Below are positions 13,577-27,730 of a DNA stretch of 64,000 nt, piece by piece. The stretch comes from Tubiluchus corallicola. Its lineage: Eukaryota > Animalia > Priapulida. Location of the stretch: NCBI GenBank assembly GCA_030141605.1, contig JAQGDQ010000772.1, forward strand, positions 34,034-98,033, given 5' to 3'. The translations under genes and the position numbers were made by a program. Within the stretch, counting starts at the first letter, position 1; each line of letters opens with the position of its first letter. The notes beneath the pieces are model-generated. The model was not told the origin of the DNA and did not search any database. It saw only the letters and a list, made by a program, of their open reading frames with translations.

Positions 13577-14538
13577 ATTTACATGGTTTAATTAAAACAT
13601 TGTTTCATGACATTCTTAATAGTCAGACAAAGTTTTCCTTTCTGAATTATTGTCTTGTATCACTACCACAAATATATTTCAAACTTGGAAATTTATGTAC
13701 AGTAGGCTAAATAAAAAAATAACTGCAATACAACCTTCTGCAAGCAAAGTACCTAATAAGTCTGTAATGTGTTAACGTAAACCACCACATTACAGACATA
13801 ACATACCATTAAATTACTGTTTACAGTTCATCTGTCATCACTACTAAAATTACCAATTTAATTAATTAGTTAGCATTCTTTCAATACATATTTTGCCTAT
13901 TCAAATATACAGTACCGCATGAACCTATAAAGTTTATTTGCTTAAAATAAATAAATCCAACATGCGTGAATTCCTTTTATAACTCGGTGAGTAGTGTTCA
14001 AACTGTATGCCAAAACCAATGCTAACACTGGGTAAACATAATTAAAAGTATATAAAGTTGAGTCTAAGTAACAGGCAAAAAATTAATTTACTTTTACTAA
14101 CTTAAAACCAGATTAGACTAAGTAAAAACATTTAAATGTATAAAAAATAAAACACTTAAATTCGTATTTTATCGAAAATTAGTAAAATGCCATGAATGCT
14201 GTTTTTAACTGCATAGTGCACGTTCAGTTTCCATTCAACACCACAAATTATACATCATGTAGTTCTTATCATTTAATTATTTTTTACCAAGCATAAAAAA
14301 CGTCTCATGTAACACATTTAAAGATAACATTAAATGAACATGAACTACGCCGGCCTTTTCCCTATCTGTATAACTTCAAGTATTTTCTACATGAAGCCAT
14401 TTGAGAAGCCATCGAGGAAAATTCTTCGACGACGAAACACTAGAAAAACTACGCAACTTGGATGTGCATGCATCAAAATTGAAATATTCAACACAATGAG
14501 CTTCGACATACGCACAACACAAAAATACACCAACTCAC

Positions 14539-14603
14539 TTTCCTAGTTCTTCTTTTAAATCGTAATTATCACTAAATTTAGTCGTCGCCATCTGTATAGC
14601 CAT
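14539..14603 (-). CDS. CaMKII: CaMKII coding exon 1 (65 nt): MAIQMATTKFSDNYDLKEELG(K); another in-frame ATG at 14615 would add MNRN
   Basis: FSDNYDLKEELGK is the CaMKII N-terminal motif; donor GGAAA|gtgagt, phase 2, matches exon 2. Confidence 0.95.
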
Positions 14604-14615
14604 GTTCCGATTCAT

Positions 14616-14845
14616 CTATCTTTGACATTTTCAGCGAGATCTCGTGAGTCGTGATAACCAGCGAGATTTGTGAGGTCATCAGCGCTCAGCAACCGCAATC
14701 GTCTGCGCTCAGCCGCTCCAACGAGATTCTACTAAGAAGCCATCTAGTTTCGTACACAGAATCTGTAAATTCTGTACAGTTAGTAAATTGTAGCTCAGTT
14801 CAGTTCAGTTCCGGGCATTAAACCTTCTTGTATCAGGGTGAGCTT
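14616..14845. promoter_or_regulatory. Candidate CaMKII 5'UTR/promoter region, possibly bidirectional
   Basis: Locally CpG-rich; three CGAGAT motifs including the palindrome CGAGATCTCG; on +, (TCAGT)3 Inr-like repeats at 14796-14810 and a donor-like GG|GTGAGC at 14837/14838. Confidence 0.45.
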
Positions 14846-17800
14846 ATAGGGAAAAAATCGCTACTTGGCTGAAAAAGAAAAAAGGCACTTGACGCATAAT
14901 TATGTAAACTTGCTACGCCTTTTCATTATAATTTTTTATCACTTCGTTCACTTGGTGTCTGTGTCTAAAGACACACCTTAGCTTGAAACCTTAAGTTTTC
15001 TCTTTAAAAACATTTTTCGTCGTTACATTTCCTACCGTAGTTTAAAATGTAAGTCGGCCTGTGTGTAGTTGATCACCGCTCAGAGCCATCTATCATCCTA
15101 TCAGAAATAATGCTGCAAACGGCGTAATAATGCTAGTACGATATTACACAAATTAAAAAAAGCAATAAAAAAATAAGTGTTTAAGTTTTAAGCATCATAC
15201 TCAAATCATTAACTCCATGGCATGCATGCCAACAAGTAGAAATGCGAATTTGAACAGTAGCAAATCGATGATACATACTGCTAATTGCATGTAAATTTTT
15301 AATGTATTCCTTATTATACTGATTAAAATTTTCAAATTTAGTTTTTATTAGCAGTAAATGGCCGTTTATGCCCTGATTAAGTGCGATATTTGACTGAGAC
15401 TGGCCGTTTACAGCTACAGTGATTATAATTTTGCTTCTGGGGAAAAACAGTGCAAATTGAAAACATATTCTATTATAGTTTTTCCAAAACACATAAACAG
15501 ATGATGTATAGGTGGGGCAGAGGATGCTAAAAAACTTTTTCAATCTGAAATCATTTCTACATGACAAAGGTCAGAACGTTTGAACTATCACGAATAGAAA
15601 CAGACCCCTGTTAGTCATTTTATGTGGCTATGGAAATAATTATTATGGGGAAGGCATCTAGGAGTTTTTGTATATGAGTAGTAAAATTAAAAGTTAAATT
15701 TTTTGCAGATTGTCTTATGTAATGTTTCCTTAAGTAATTAACTATAGGTCAGTTTCTGAATGTTCGAAACCTTCAAATTTGTTATTAGTGATGAAAATAA
15801 TAAAAAAATCATTTAGACTGTATGTAATCATGGCATATCAACAAAAAATTTTAATTTTCACTTTCCCTTCTTATTATTATTCAATATAAATTTGTGCATC
15901 ATCTTATCAAGTTCAAAAGAAGTAACTGGATATTGTTCATGGTGACTAATAATAATTATTAAGATCTTCGAATCAAGAAAGAAAAATGTGAGAAACTTGT
16001 GCTGCATCATTTTCACAGGATATCTAGATCAGTGTCTGACCCGGGTAGCTGACTGGATAAAGCACGTTTCTCAATAACTTCCCATTTCAGAATTATGTTT
16101 TTAATTTAACAAGTGTAAAGTGTAACGCCCAAAAGTAAAAAAAGGGTAAGAAATAACAACCGTCTGGTTCTGAATGAATAAATCTATGAAGTATGATTAA
16201 TTCTGTACGAACTGATATTCATAACAGAATTTTAATGACTGTGACAATACGATGTATACCGAATTCCATCACCATCATCATCACCATACGCCCGTCACGT
16301 CTATTGTCGACATTGGGCAGGCAGAATTCGAAAAAGTTACGCCAGTGCCTTGTCAGCACCATTTCCGATTTATCTTAATAGTTATCATGATTAATCAATA
16401 GTTGGAATACTGTGCATTGTCAAAACCAGTAAGTCTTTGTTATGTACCCGTCGAAGCTATTTATTTTTCTCCATCTTAGTACTTAACTATTTGCATGTAA
16501 AAACGTAGTTTATCTCTAGATTGTTCGCTAGCCGTCTGGCGGTGACATGTAGAAGTTCTGATTACTGGAACGTTTGTAATGTACACTTAGGTTGAGAGGT
16601 GTTATGGAACTTTTATGGATGGATCTGCCCACCACTTGTCATGTTGCCTTTTAAATTGGTTTGGATGTCTTGCATTTCTAACCTGTGTGCCCAGCTTGTT
16701 CCAGTCACTGACAACCCGGAAAGTGAAACAGATCTTGTTGTTGCGTGAAGGTTTAGAGATCTTAGTCTTACGCCCTTCACCCCCATACTTGAAAGTAACG
16801 TTCGGGATTTAATTTAGTTGTTGTGAAAATCATAACAAAGTTGCAATGAAACATAAACCAGAAAAAGTATGAAGCTTTGCGCCAAATTTGCTTGCAAGTC
16901 AAGACAAGTCGCTCAGCGACGCAACACCTACACACTGAAAGCAGTACAGCACTGCAGTAAGCGCTGGGCAGACGCCAGACAATTTTTTCCGGTGACTCTA
17001 CTGAGCGCCATCTCTGGGAAACATAAGCAAAATATAATGAAAAGTCATAGATGTGTATCCTGCTAACTCTGAACCTAAAGGCTATGTAGGCTATACCTAA
17101 TTACCTATAAGGCAATGGAAGAGGTAATGTCCCTTGATGATGAGGTTCAGCTGCAGTAAATTAACTCGTCGATTAGGCCTTGCCTTTGAATGAAGGTTTC
17201 TGACTTGCAATGTGCCAAAGTGGTAAAAGAAAAGTAGTTTATAATATAATTCATTTACCCTTTTTGTAGATACATCATTAATTGTTATGGGATTTCAGGT
17301 TCAACTGCAGTAATAATGTAACTGATTACTAAACTTATATTGAGAAGAAAAGGAGATAAACAAGAAGCAGAATGAATGAATGAAACAAAATAAAACAGCG
17401 AATTAATAATACAAAAAAGAACAAAAATTCAAAAAAGGAAAGAGAATGTAACCAAAAAATCGTTCATATCCAAAACAAGAAAATTGAAAATAACGGCAAA
17501 ATGTATTGAGAAATTTCGGTAAAAGAAAAGGAATGAAAGGGAATTACCAGAAAATTATTAAAAAAAAGGCCGTTTTCATCGTCTGTGATCATCTTTAACA
17601 GCTGTTACAACAGCAGCAGCAGTAATGCAGCTGGTGATGAGGTGGTAGTTGCTATTGCTCTTGTTGTTTATAATATTACTTTATATTTAAAAAACTAAGA
17701 CAGATTGTAATTGTATACAGACTATAGTTAGTTAAGGCTAAAATAGTGCAAGTAAGCGTGTGAAAATTGGAATAAAAATAAGTCTGATGAGTTCACGCAA

Positions 17801-18298
17801 AACAATCCGCACCTACCGGATCTGTTCATAGACATGTAGTAGCACTTTACACCTGAGAAATAGTACTAGTATCTTAATTAAAAGGCAAAATCGTACAACA
17901 GAACCTAGCCAGAATAAATCACTGATATCGTTTTAAAACAGACAATGATTCTCCAACACTATTCTTCCAGAACAACAAATACGTTGAGAAAGTTGAGAAA
18001 AAGAAAAGGAACAGAAAAAAGAATAATTGTTTTTAGATTGGGCATCAGAGCTACACAAAATGAAGTAAATGGCTTTTGTCAGGGAGCACCGACAGGTATA
18101 TGGATGCAGAAAACCTCTGCCACTGTTCATAGATCCATAACTTGGGATCAATGGGCAAAACAAGACGAATTTTTACCCATTCTCAAACACCTTGCCACTA
18201 ATTTAATTACCAACCTTCAAAGATTTTATCAAGTATAAGAATTCATTGTTTTGCTCCTTCACTAGCTACCTACGTTGTGCTACTGCATTTTAAAATTC

Positions 18299-18830
18299 TT
18301 AACGGAAGACCGGACAATTGTTTAGACTCAATCTTATTTTATTTATTTTCCAAAATTTACATTTTTTTGCTTACAAAAGTTAATAATTGTTCCTTATATT
18401 CGAATAATCAGGTTAGAAAGTTAATTAACGGCAACCGAACACAGCTATTGCTTACGTCAGAAACTAACCACAGTTTATGCAATGGCAGTTGTCTTCCCTT
18501 GCGCATCAAGCACATTTGCATAAGTGTTACAGTACTGTTTAAACGTATGATGTCACGAAAAATGGGCTTTACATCATATGACGCCAGAAACTAACACTAC
18601 AGTTCATGATCATGCTTATCACGGTACCGCTTTCTATTTGTCGGCTACACGAATGTGACAAAAACGTGCTGCTGTCAATCTTAGTAGATTCATTGAGTCG
18701 CATTTGAGTATCCGAGGTAATTATTATTTAATCTAAGCTTTGATTTAAAAAAAGCTGTTGTAGTTTTCAATATTTTAGGGCATTCATTATTCTGAACAAA
18801 TGTTTACACAATCATCCGGTTTTCCTTTAA
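18299..18830. mobile_element. Kolobok/T2-like MITE family B
   Basis: TTAA flanks, TIR AGGAAAACCG (left end degenerate); reverse complement of 36702-37245. Confidence 0.85.
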
Positions 18831-19769
18831 AATTATGTGCAATGCACATCATGCTTCAGAATGAGAGAAATGTGCATTTGTGCGTGAGAATGCTAAATAT
18901 TGTGTAACAGCCTGGTTATACCAACACCAGTGATGCAACAGTACTATTAGGCAATTATAAAGATCTTTGGAAAAACGGAAATTGGTTATAATATTTGAAG
19001 AATTTCTTAGGTTTAAATTAAAGAATCCATTAATCATGTATTATACAGCATGATTTACAACAGCAATATTAATTGCCGAAAGATTACAACAGTCACGGGC
19101 GTAATAGCCTCTCCTTTTTGCAAAGCACAAATATAAATTTAATTAATTAAGTGATACTAACAGTAGCTTTTAATTCTTGGTTTCACACAGAAGACATCTC
19201 GCGTGCTCTTGTGTACACTGGTGGTGCATTTGAAAGATTTGACAGACCACTGACAAACATGTCAGCTGTCTTCTAATCGATATTTACGTCTTTTTAACAA
19301 AGGTAGCTCATGTTGTTTACTGTTTCTGTGAATATGGAAGTGGTAAAATACGGGAATGCATTGTACAAACAGTTACGTAACTTCTGTAAGCAAATGCAAC
19401 CCAACAATTATGATCATTAATTCAGAACTATCTCCCCGACCATGATAAATCCGAGGAAAATGTTTTCAGATATTAAAAAGCCTCAAATGCTTTATCATAG
19501 ATCATATAATTATATAACCAAGATATAAGTCATTTGTACAGTTTCAACAATACTCTCGTGTCGTGTGAATCCAATTTTCATTCTCATTTTCGTGTTATGT
19601 CTTCACACCTTTCTGTCATAATTATTTCTCCTACCTCACACAAATTATCTTTTATTCCTGCACTTGCACATTTTCTTTTCTGTTTGCGTTAATTATTGGG
19701 TCTGACCTCTACAATTTCACCATTTTGGACAGTCCAGATTTACACGTTTGTTTTCTTTATAATTCTATT

Positions 19770-22165
19770 CTATGGCATCTGAAATACAACCCACACAACT
19801 GTCATTTCAGTCTTTTCTAGGACGTCCTTTGCCAAACTCGTTTTTCTTAACACCCATTATTGAAGCTGAAGTAAATACAGCAATAAATAATTTAAATCAG
19901 AATAAAGCCTCCGGTCATGAAAACATTCCTATATCTTTTTACAAATCAGCTGGTCTCTGTATTTCCCCTGTTCTAACTAAATTGTTTAACAAGGCTATTA
20001 CTGAAGGTACATTCCCAAACTGTTTAAAGATTGCTAAAATTATTCCTATTTAAAAAGGTGACTCCCCTGATAACCCCACTAACTATAGGCCAATATCTTT
20101 ACTTTCACCTATTTCCAAAATTTTTGAAAAATTGCTTTATGACAGACTAACTAAATTTATAAACGACAACAAAATTCTCTCTAGATTTCAGTTTGGGTTT
20201 CGCAAAAGATACTGCACAGCCCTAGCTATTGCTGAACTTATAGACAATCTGTTACTAAATATGGATCACAATAAGTACACCTGTGCCATATTCTTAGATT
20301 TGTCTAAGGCCTTTGATACTGTACAACATGATATTTTACTAGCCAAACTTGAACCTATGGTATCAGAGGCCTGCCTCTTTACACAATAGAAAACAATATA
20401 CATCTATCGAGAATAAAAACTCAGATCTGGTAAATGTGCAGTATGGTGTTCCTCAAGGCTCAACTCTTGGTCCCCTTTTTTTCTTACTCTACATAAATGA
20501 TCTCCCTTCAAATACCCAGTTACATACCAGACTTTTTGCTGATGATACTAGCTTTTTCAGTTCTGATACTAACATAAGTCACCTAGAAGAATTTCTTAAT
20601 GTTGAACTAGCTAAAATAGATCTATGGATGAGAGCCAACCGGCTTTCTATAAACTATTCCAAAACAAAATATATGATAATTGGTAATCCCAGAAAAGTAA
20701 AAAATTTAACATTAAATTTGACAATGGAAAATACCAGGATACAATCTGTACATCAAATAAAATATCTAGGAGTATTAATAGATCACAATCTTTCATGGAA
20801 AGCACATATACAATACCAAACAATTGTTAACAAAACCAGTAAAATTATAGGTATTTTTTCAAATGTTAGGCATTTTCTGAATTATGATTCAAAAAAACTT
20901 CTATATTCTTCCCTATTTTCACCGTATTTAGAATACAGCATACTTACCTATGGCTCAGCACCCCATTCCACATTGTATCCCCTAATTACAAATCAAAATA
21001 AATTTATAAAGCTTTGGACAAATACAAATAGAAGAGCCCATGTTACACCTTTGTACCACCAGCATAAAATCTTGAAACTTCGGGATATATATAAATTAGA
21101 GGTGGCCAAATTTTTATATAGGTTTAAACATAATATGCTTCCTGAAATTTTTCAGAATGATTACAAATCTGTAGCCCAGATGCACGAGTATCATACACGA
21201 TTTGCCACTAACCAAACTTTCTATGTACATAGATTTAATACTAACAAAGGGCAAAGATCTCTACCTTATGAAGGTGCTTTGTTGTGGAACAGCCTGTCTA
21301 TTGAACTAAAAAATGGCACCTTTAGCAATTTGATAATTAACTATAAATCCTTTCTTATTTCTAATTACAATGTGTGACTTTTCTGCTAAGATCAAATCTG
21401 ATAAATCTTCCCTGTTAGTGTTAATGTATTACCCTTGAGCTAATCTATTAACTATAATTATATTACCATAGTACATCTTCTCATCAAAGTGTAAAATTGT
21501 TATTATTTCTTCGCAACTATGAAAAGGGAAGGTAAGTAATAATCTTCAAATAAATCAATCAACTACAACAGTTTTTCTCATACTTAATGTTTTATAACTG
21601 TGCCTGCTCCACTTATGTTTTTACTTCCATATTATGCTCTTCTTACTTCATATATATTCACTTTATTATGATTATTTTGCTCGTTGTTTCACAGCTATTA
21701 TTAAGTTTTTATTATATTTTGTTTGAGTTTATTACTACATATTTTGTTTCTTTCACTAACTTATTATTTATGTTTTTTGTTGTTTTTTTTGGTTTGACTT
21801 TTTTCTAGTTTTTTTGTTTTAATTGGTTAGTTAAATGCTTTACATATTTTGTTAATCATCATTTCATATTTTTCATTTTATTTCTTTGTTGCATAGCCTA
21901 CTTAGTTGTTTCGCTTTCATGTTTAATGTATCCCCCCCATAAATTCATGTTAACAGTAGCACCACAAATTTTTTACAGTTTTCACTAACCTGAGAAGAGT
22001 AGCTGACTCGATGACCAATTGGTCTACCCTTTCTCCTGCACCCCCTTAACTCTTTCCTTTATGCTTAATTTATCCTTTTTTATTCAATAACTAAAAAAAA
22101 TAATTAGTCAATTTGTATACAGGTGTAAATGAGGAGATAAATAAAAATGTCTATGTCTATGTCTA
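19770..22165 (+). mobile_element. 5'-truncated, inactivated CR1/L2-group LINE (reverse transcriptase ORF2 remnant plus 3'UTR)
   Basis: Motifs NYRPISL, QFGFR, FLDLSKAFDTV, GVPQGSTLGP, FADDT, KYLGV; nonsense codon at 20051 and frameshift near 20355-20390; 3' hairpin GACC-AATT-GGTC at about 22013-22024; (ATGTCT)3 tail. Confidence 0.95.
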
Positions 22166-22817
22166 TTATAATTAAATTCACCAAATTTATGTTTTATTAA
22201 TGTTATGGACAATAGAATAAACTAAATTATATTAAACCAGAAAATGTGATATCCACAATTTATGTTGCTTTCATGTGTAGTGAATGTTACTAAATTGAAT
22301 AAACTAAATATGACACAAGTTCGAAAAATCATTCTCTTCTTTTGTAAAATTAGAAGTGTTTATAAGTACTGGCGCAACTAATAAGCCAATCACTCATATT
22401 CTCGCCAGATAACTCATGTCTTAGTGTAAGAAATTATTTTTTCAGAATCTATCCAACTCCTACACATCTATGATCAAGTGTGGATAAACCGTGGAACTAA
22501 ACCGCAAATTTGAAAACAAAAGACCATTCTGGGAAGGTGTTACCAAAATGTCGTCAAATGCCGAATGCCGCTGGTAGATAAATTATTGGTGATCATTTCA
22601 TTCTCTAAAATTTTGCCTGGATTGACTTATTAAAATGAGAATGTCATCCACTTTTAAAACATTAAGTAAGTTTTCATTTTTAGACATTTGATGCTATTTC
22701 GATGGATTATGTTTAAGGCAATTGAGACGGAAGTTGTATACAATTAAAAAATAGGAAATTTTGAGAATTTTTTACGACCTGTTTGTTTTTGTACTCGTGT
22801 AGTAAGTAAGTAGGATT

Positions 22818-24030
22818 AAGGGCTGCCCGCAGGCATGAAATTTTACTCGTATACCAAATTCGGGAGCGCAGACATGCAATTTTTAATTGTGCAAATCGCG
22901 CTATAGTCTATAGTCGCATTATAGAGCTTGAAGAGGTTGCATGTATGTGTGCATATTAATTCATAAAAAGACAAAATTTAATAGACACCGGGAATATTGA
23001 ACTTACCTAGCAACTTGACAGCAATTACAGAAAGGGCAATTTTATAAACTGTATGATGACTTGTAAAGTTACAGACTCTTCATCTCCACATCAAAGTTTG
23101 TCTAAAAAATGTTCACGTAGATGCTTTAATCAACACAAGAGGAAAAGTTTATCACAATGGAAAATTTTCTCACAAAACTGAAAAAGAGTTCATAGTGGCG
23201 CGACTCTACGTTCTTTAGTTACCGTTTTACTGGATGTGTCCAAACAGTTTTGATGAACTGCTGCATATTATAGGGCGTAGCACTGTACATTACCTGTCTC
23301 GATAATAAGTGGAGAAAGAACCTCACCTCAGAGAATCAGTACAAACTTTAAGCTGACTAATGTAGCAGCTGTCATATACTAGCATACATTACCTTAAAAA
23401 CAAAAACTACCGTCTGCACAAAAAAAGGAAGAAATGTTGTTTAGTGATATCAGATACGAAAAGGTTAAATTATTTAGTAGTGTGAATTTTTACAATTTAC
23501 AGTTCATGTATTTCCTAGGGAGAGTGCAAAATTTCTTTCATAAAAAGACAAATAGGCAAGTGCGATTGATTCACAGTGCACTGGAATATGGGAGTTTGAG
23601 CAACTAACCAGGAGTGTAAGTGGTGTCTGTCATTGCGGAAGGCTGCAGTAAAAAGAAAAATTAGCAGTGTGGAGTAAAAAGGTGTTGATTATATTGAGAT
23701 GTGTCATATGCGCTGTTCACTTTCAAAACTTCATATTTTGTCTTCAATTCCGAGTTTGTCACTTAGTCGCCTAATCGATGGTAGCAAAGATAGTAAGAAT
23801 AATTTATGGTCATTAATTTGTTCTTCTTATCTCTCTTTTATATGCTTAATGGGGCCTCTTCATAACGCTTAAGTATTGCGTTTAGCTGAAAGTTGTGCAA
23901 TTAAAAATTGCATGTCATATACTGCATGTCTGCGTGCCCCCAATGAAAAGGTACATAATGAAATAATTCAGTAACTAAAAGTTTGAGCCAGATTGCAATT
24001 TTTAGTTGCATTAGTCTGCACGCCATGCTC
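22818..24030 (+). mobile_element. Decayed PIF/Harbinger-like element
   Basis: Subterminal inverted motifs GCAGACATGCAATTTTTAATTG / CAATTAAAAATTGCATGTC; remnants QKGQFYKLYDDL (about 23028) and FDELLHIIG (about 23248) resemble the Harbinger transposase N-terminus. Confidence 0.5.
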
Positions 24031-26105
24031 TCATCGACTTAAGTTATTTAGAGATCTTGCTATTTTTAGTTTAGCAACTCAAAGTTGCACATCTGTACAG
24101 AATTTAGAGTACTTTTAGAATTTAGAGCACCAATCTTTTTAGTACATTATAAGCTGTTTGATGTCAATCCCTATTTCCATATAATTTACTATCCCTGCAA
24201 TTCTCTTCTGTTTATTGGCCTATTTTTTACTGTAAAGTATTTCCACACATCTGTCTTCGCATGTTTACTAACTACCACTACTAGTTACATTCTTGAGAAG
24301 ATAGCATGAAAAATTATTCATCCTTAAGAAATGGAAATAGTTATATGCACATTTAGAGCCACAGTTTGTGTAAACTTACCTCAGACTATAACAATGTATG
24401 TAAAATTTTTATTGGCGGCTTTGCAGTCATTTGATGCATATCACTGGTCAACACTAGTACATACCATCTCAAGGGTAGGCTTAGCAGACCTCGAAATTTC
24501 ATGTGAATGCTCATTCAGGTAATACCTAAGTTATGTAACAACCATTTTAGCACAACCTGACTTCCGTTCATGTGAATCCTTATTGTTGGTAGGTGACTAG
24601 TACTACTGTCATGTTCACTTTTCTTCTTTAAGCTACGTCATCTGCTCTTACAAGCTGTCATTGCTAAAACTCATTGCTTTACTATTTTGAAAAATATTCC
24701 CCCAAAAGAATTTGATAATCAGCATATGGTAGTCAGGCCGACCACAAAAAATTTTGTTTCTGTCTTACTTTATGAGCTCAAAAGATGTCAGTAGGGAGGG
24801 AAGAAAAAGCTTCTTTTTTTTCAAAAAAAATTTTCTTAAAGCTTTGTGAATGTGTAAAGCTGAGTCCCGGCCGGGTGTGCGATAAAGAAATATTACCAAG
24901 CAATTAGCCGGAAACAGAAGTATTGTTTTGCCTCACCATAGCTACTCTGCTCAGCCCAATCAGTTAAAGATGGCCACAATGTTTATAATTTTTGTTAATT
25001 TTGAAGTGAAGTAAATATGTTTCTATAGCACACTGTTGCTATACGTAGCATAAATTATGTTTTTCTAAATGTGCAAGCAAACGTGATAATTATAGTTTTT
25101 TACGCAAAGTATTATATTTATATTATCGCATCTTTTGATGAGTTACACGAAAAATCCTAGGTAACCTTTTTTCTAAATCACGATAAACTCCTGTGGTGTT
25201 GACCCCTCTCGATTAAAGTTTAAGAACCAGAGCAGTCCACTGCTTCTTCACTTTACCTCGAATGGTCATCAGCCTTGTTTTGACATGGTTTGTACACTAC
25301 ACATATCACAAGTGTACAATGGTTCCACATTTGTGGTATCAGGTGGTTTGTTTCAAGTGAATAATTGTAGCTGTGCTGTCTGAAAAGCTTAGTTTGCAAT
25401 GCATTTCACTTGAAACACACTACTGTATGTCTAGTGCGTTACAGAATGTATCGTTAAGTGTGGAGTACACAGCTCTCTCTGTGGTGTCTTATTATAACAT
25501 CTCGGTGTTAATCGCACCACGCACTTCCACCAGTGGGTATTTGCAATTAGGCTAATACGTCCGCTTTCTGATCTGTTCATTTAGAACCTGTATTGATTGA
25601 GACTAGCTGCTTCCGGAAATCAAATTTTCCCGTTACTTTCTGATCAATCACATGCTTGATGTTGGTGAAACTTGGCTATTGGGAACCTGACATCGGCGGG
25701 TGCTACCGAGTATGTAGTGCTTATTGTGCTGAGAATTGTGTTTATTTGCTAAAGCAATCATAGTAAGTAGTGCAGTAGTTCTAGTACTTTGTCACACATG
25801 CGTATGTATGGCATACTTGGCCCCCTGTACTGTTGCTCAGTAGCTTACTATTGATTAGTGTGTTTTAATAACATGATGTATCAACTTAACCTCAAATAGA
25901 CAAACGTGGTGGCTGAAAGATTTGGATGAGTGAAAAGCAATAAAAATTCTGTTTCCTATGAGATTTTCATTGGTTGCTCACACATTACTGTTAAACCATT
26001 GATAGTCGCTGTATTCAGAAATATGGTATAATATTATAGCTGGATGTGTCGTTTCAAAAGATATGAATAAGATCTTTATAAGTCAAAACTTTTTATCATA
26101 TACAC

Positions 26106-26658
26106 TTAAAGTACAATAAAACCCTACACTTACATAAAGCTCAGAAAACTCGCCTTGAAACTTTATACCACTTACGTACTGTCTTTTTTTGCATACAGGG
26201 CTTGCGTCGGCTGTGACGCTGTATAAAACCTGTAAATTTAAATTTCCGCGATGACCGTTAGACACAGCCATGTTGACGATAAGTCACTTGAAACAAGTTT
26301 AGATAACATTGCTTGAAGTTTGAAAAAATAATCAGAACATTCGTAGCGCACATGTTACTAACTAAGTAAGATTTGAATGTCTGTATCTTGTCAATAAGAT
26401 TAAAAATACATTTTTGATTAGTGAGTGGTGCACCCTGGAGGTAAGTCAATGAGATTTTCCCCTGATTTACGTTGTGCGTATATGACGTCATGTAATGGCG
26501 CGATCAGAACAGTTTTGCGGAAGATTTCAAATGAAAATGAACAAAAATTCTTTTCAACACGAGTAAGATATATGCTTGAAATTGCTATAAAGTAATATAA
26601 TTTTTTAAAGGAGATTTTTCTGAAACCTACTTCAGGTCCCCCTTTTCTTGTCATTTAA
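26106..26658. mobile_element. Kolobok-like MITE family A
   Basis: TTAA-AGTACAATAAAA ... TTTTCTTGTCAT-TTAA; inverted copy at 46836-47419. Confidence 0.85.
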
Positions 26659-26991
26659 GTGTCGAACAAAGTATGACAGCCTGTGTTGTTTTTGTCAAAA
26701 GGTTTTTTCAACCGAGTTGACAGTTGCATGGTTATATAAAATAGTTCAATGTAAAATTTGTTTTTTGCAAAGCTTCATTTACAAAAATTTATCTCACCTT
26801 GACAGCATTCAAGTGCCGGATTAGTTAACTCTAGCACAATTGTTTCAAGTTGTATTTAGTTTAGATTCTTTCTCACTTGTATCCATCAGCAAAAGTAGGT
26901 AATTCGTACTGCATCGGATGTTGACTTCACAAACTCTTAAATTGATCTCATCAAATCTGAGAATACATGTAAAGTACTTAGGATTTTAGTA

Positions 26992-27366
26992 TAGTCAGCC
27001 CTCGTTAAACCAGACTAATTTAGGGGGGGAGGGGGTCCGGTTTAGCCGATTGTCCGATTTATCCGATATGCCTATATATGGTCTATATTATACAGGAATA
27101 ATCACCTTAATAAGGCCTATATGCATTGCACTGTATACTATACTGTATATTACTTTAAAATAGTTAACCTGTGAGGATAAAGAAATTATTGTACAGTTTA
27201 AATAAAAAATGGCTTTGGCCCGTCAATGGCTCGTGGTGAGTTGGTAGGCCGTGTTGTGTTTAGCGCTCCGGCTCGGTCGGAAATCGGTCAGTTTCCTTTA
27301 CCACGGATGACGTCTGTTTTATCCGATATCCGGGCTAACGGGGTCCGGTTTAACGAGGGTCGACTG
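26992..27366. mobile_element. Tc1/mariner-pogo (Tigger-like) MITE
   Basis: TA flanks; TIR TAGTCAGCCCTCGTTAAACCAGAC / GTCCGGTTTAACGAGGGTCGACTG. Confidence 0.8.
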
Positions 27367-27444
27367 TACAAAAGTTTTTTCGAGTGTTATTTTTTATCTC
27401 ATTTAACATTACAGCTAAATTTGCCGTGATGTTCATTTTACTGT

Positions 27445-27730
27445 AAGTTGGAAAACAAGAAAACACTCTTCATAAATAAAGCTCAAAAATGCTGTATAAA
27501 AGTTGTAGATTTAAACTCCTGCAATGACCGTTAGGCATAGCCATTTTATAAGTATGCCATTTGAAACAAGCTTAGATAACTTTAGGTAAAATTTGAAAAA
27601 AAATCAGAGCATTTGTAGCACACTCTTTGCTAAGACACTAACTGAGTAAAAGTATAAATTACTTTGTTATCTTAATAACATCAGTAATCTGTTTATTTTT
27701 TGGTGAGCCATTGGTGCACTCTGGGATTGT
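27445..27730. mobile_element. Partial Kolobok-like MITE family A
   Basis: Aligns with 26110-26440 (GCTGTATAAAA..TTTAAA..ATGACCGTTAG..TTGAAACAAG.TTAGATAAC). Confidence 0.7.

Noticed and set aside
17945-18238. 97-aa ORF between the two genes
   Set aside because: No recognisable family or splice context; probably decayed repeat sequence
18660-18722. Donor-like GAG|GTAATT as WDFY3 exon 1
   Set aside because: It lies inside a Kolobok-like MITE and has no independent support
19772-21377. Active reverse transcriptase or retron-like system
   Set aside because: An ordinary LINE remnant with a nonsense codon, a frameshift and no endonuclease or ORF1
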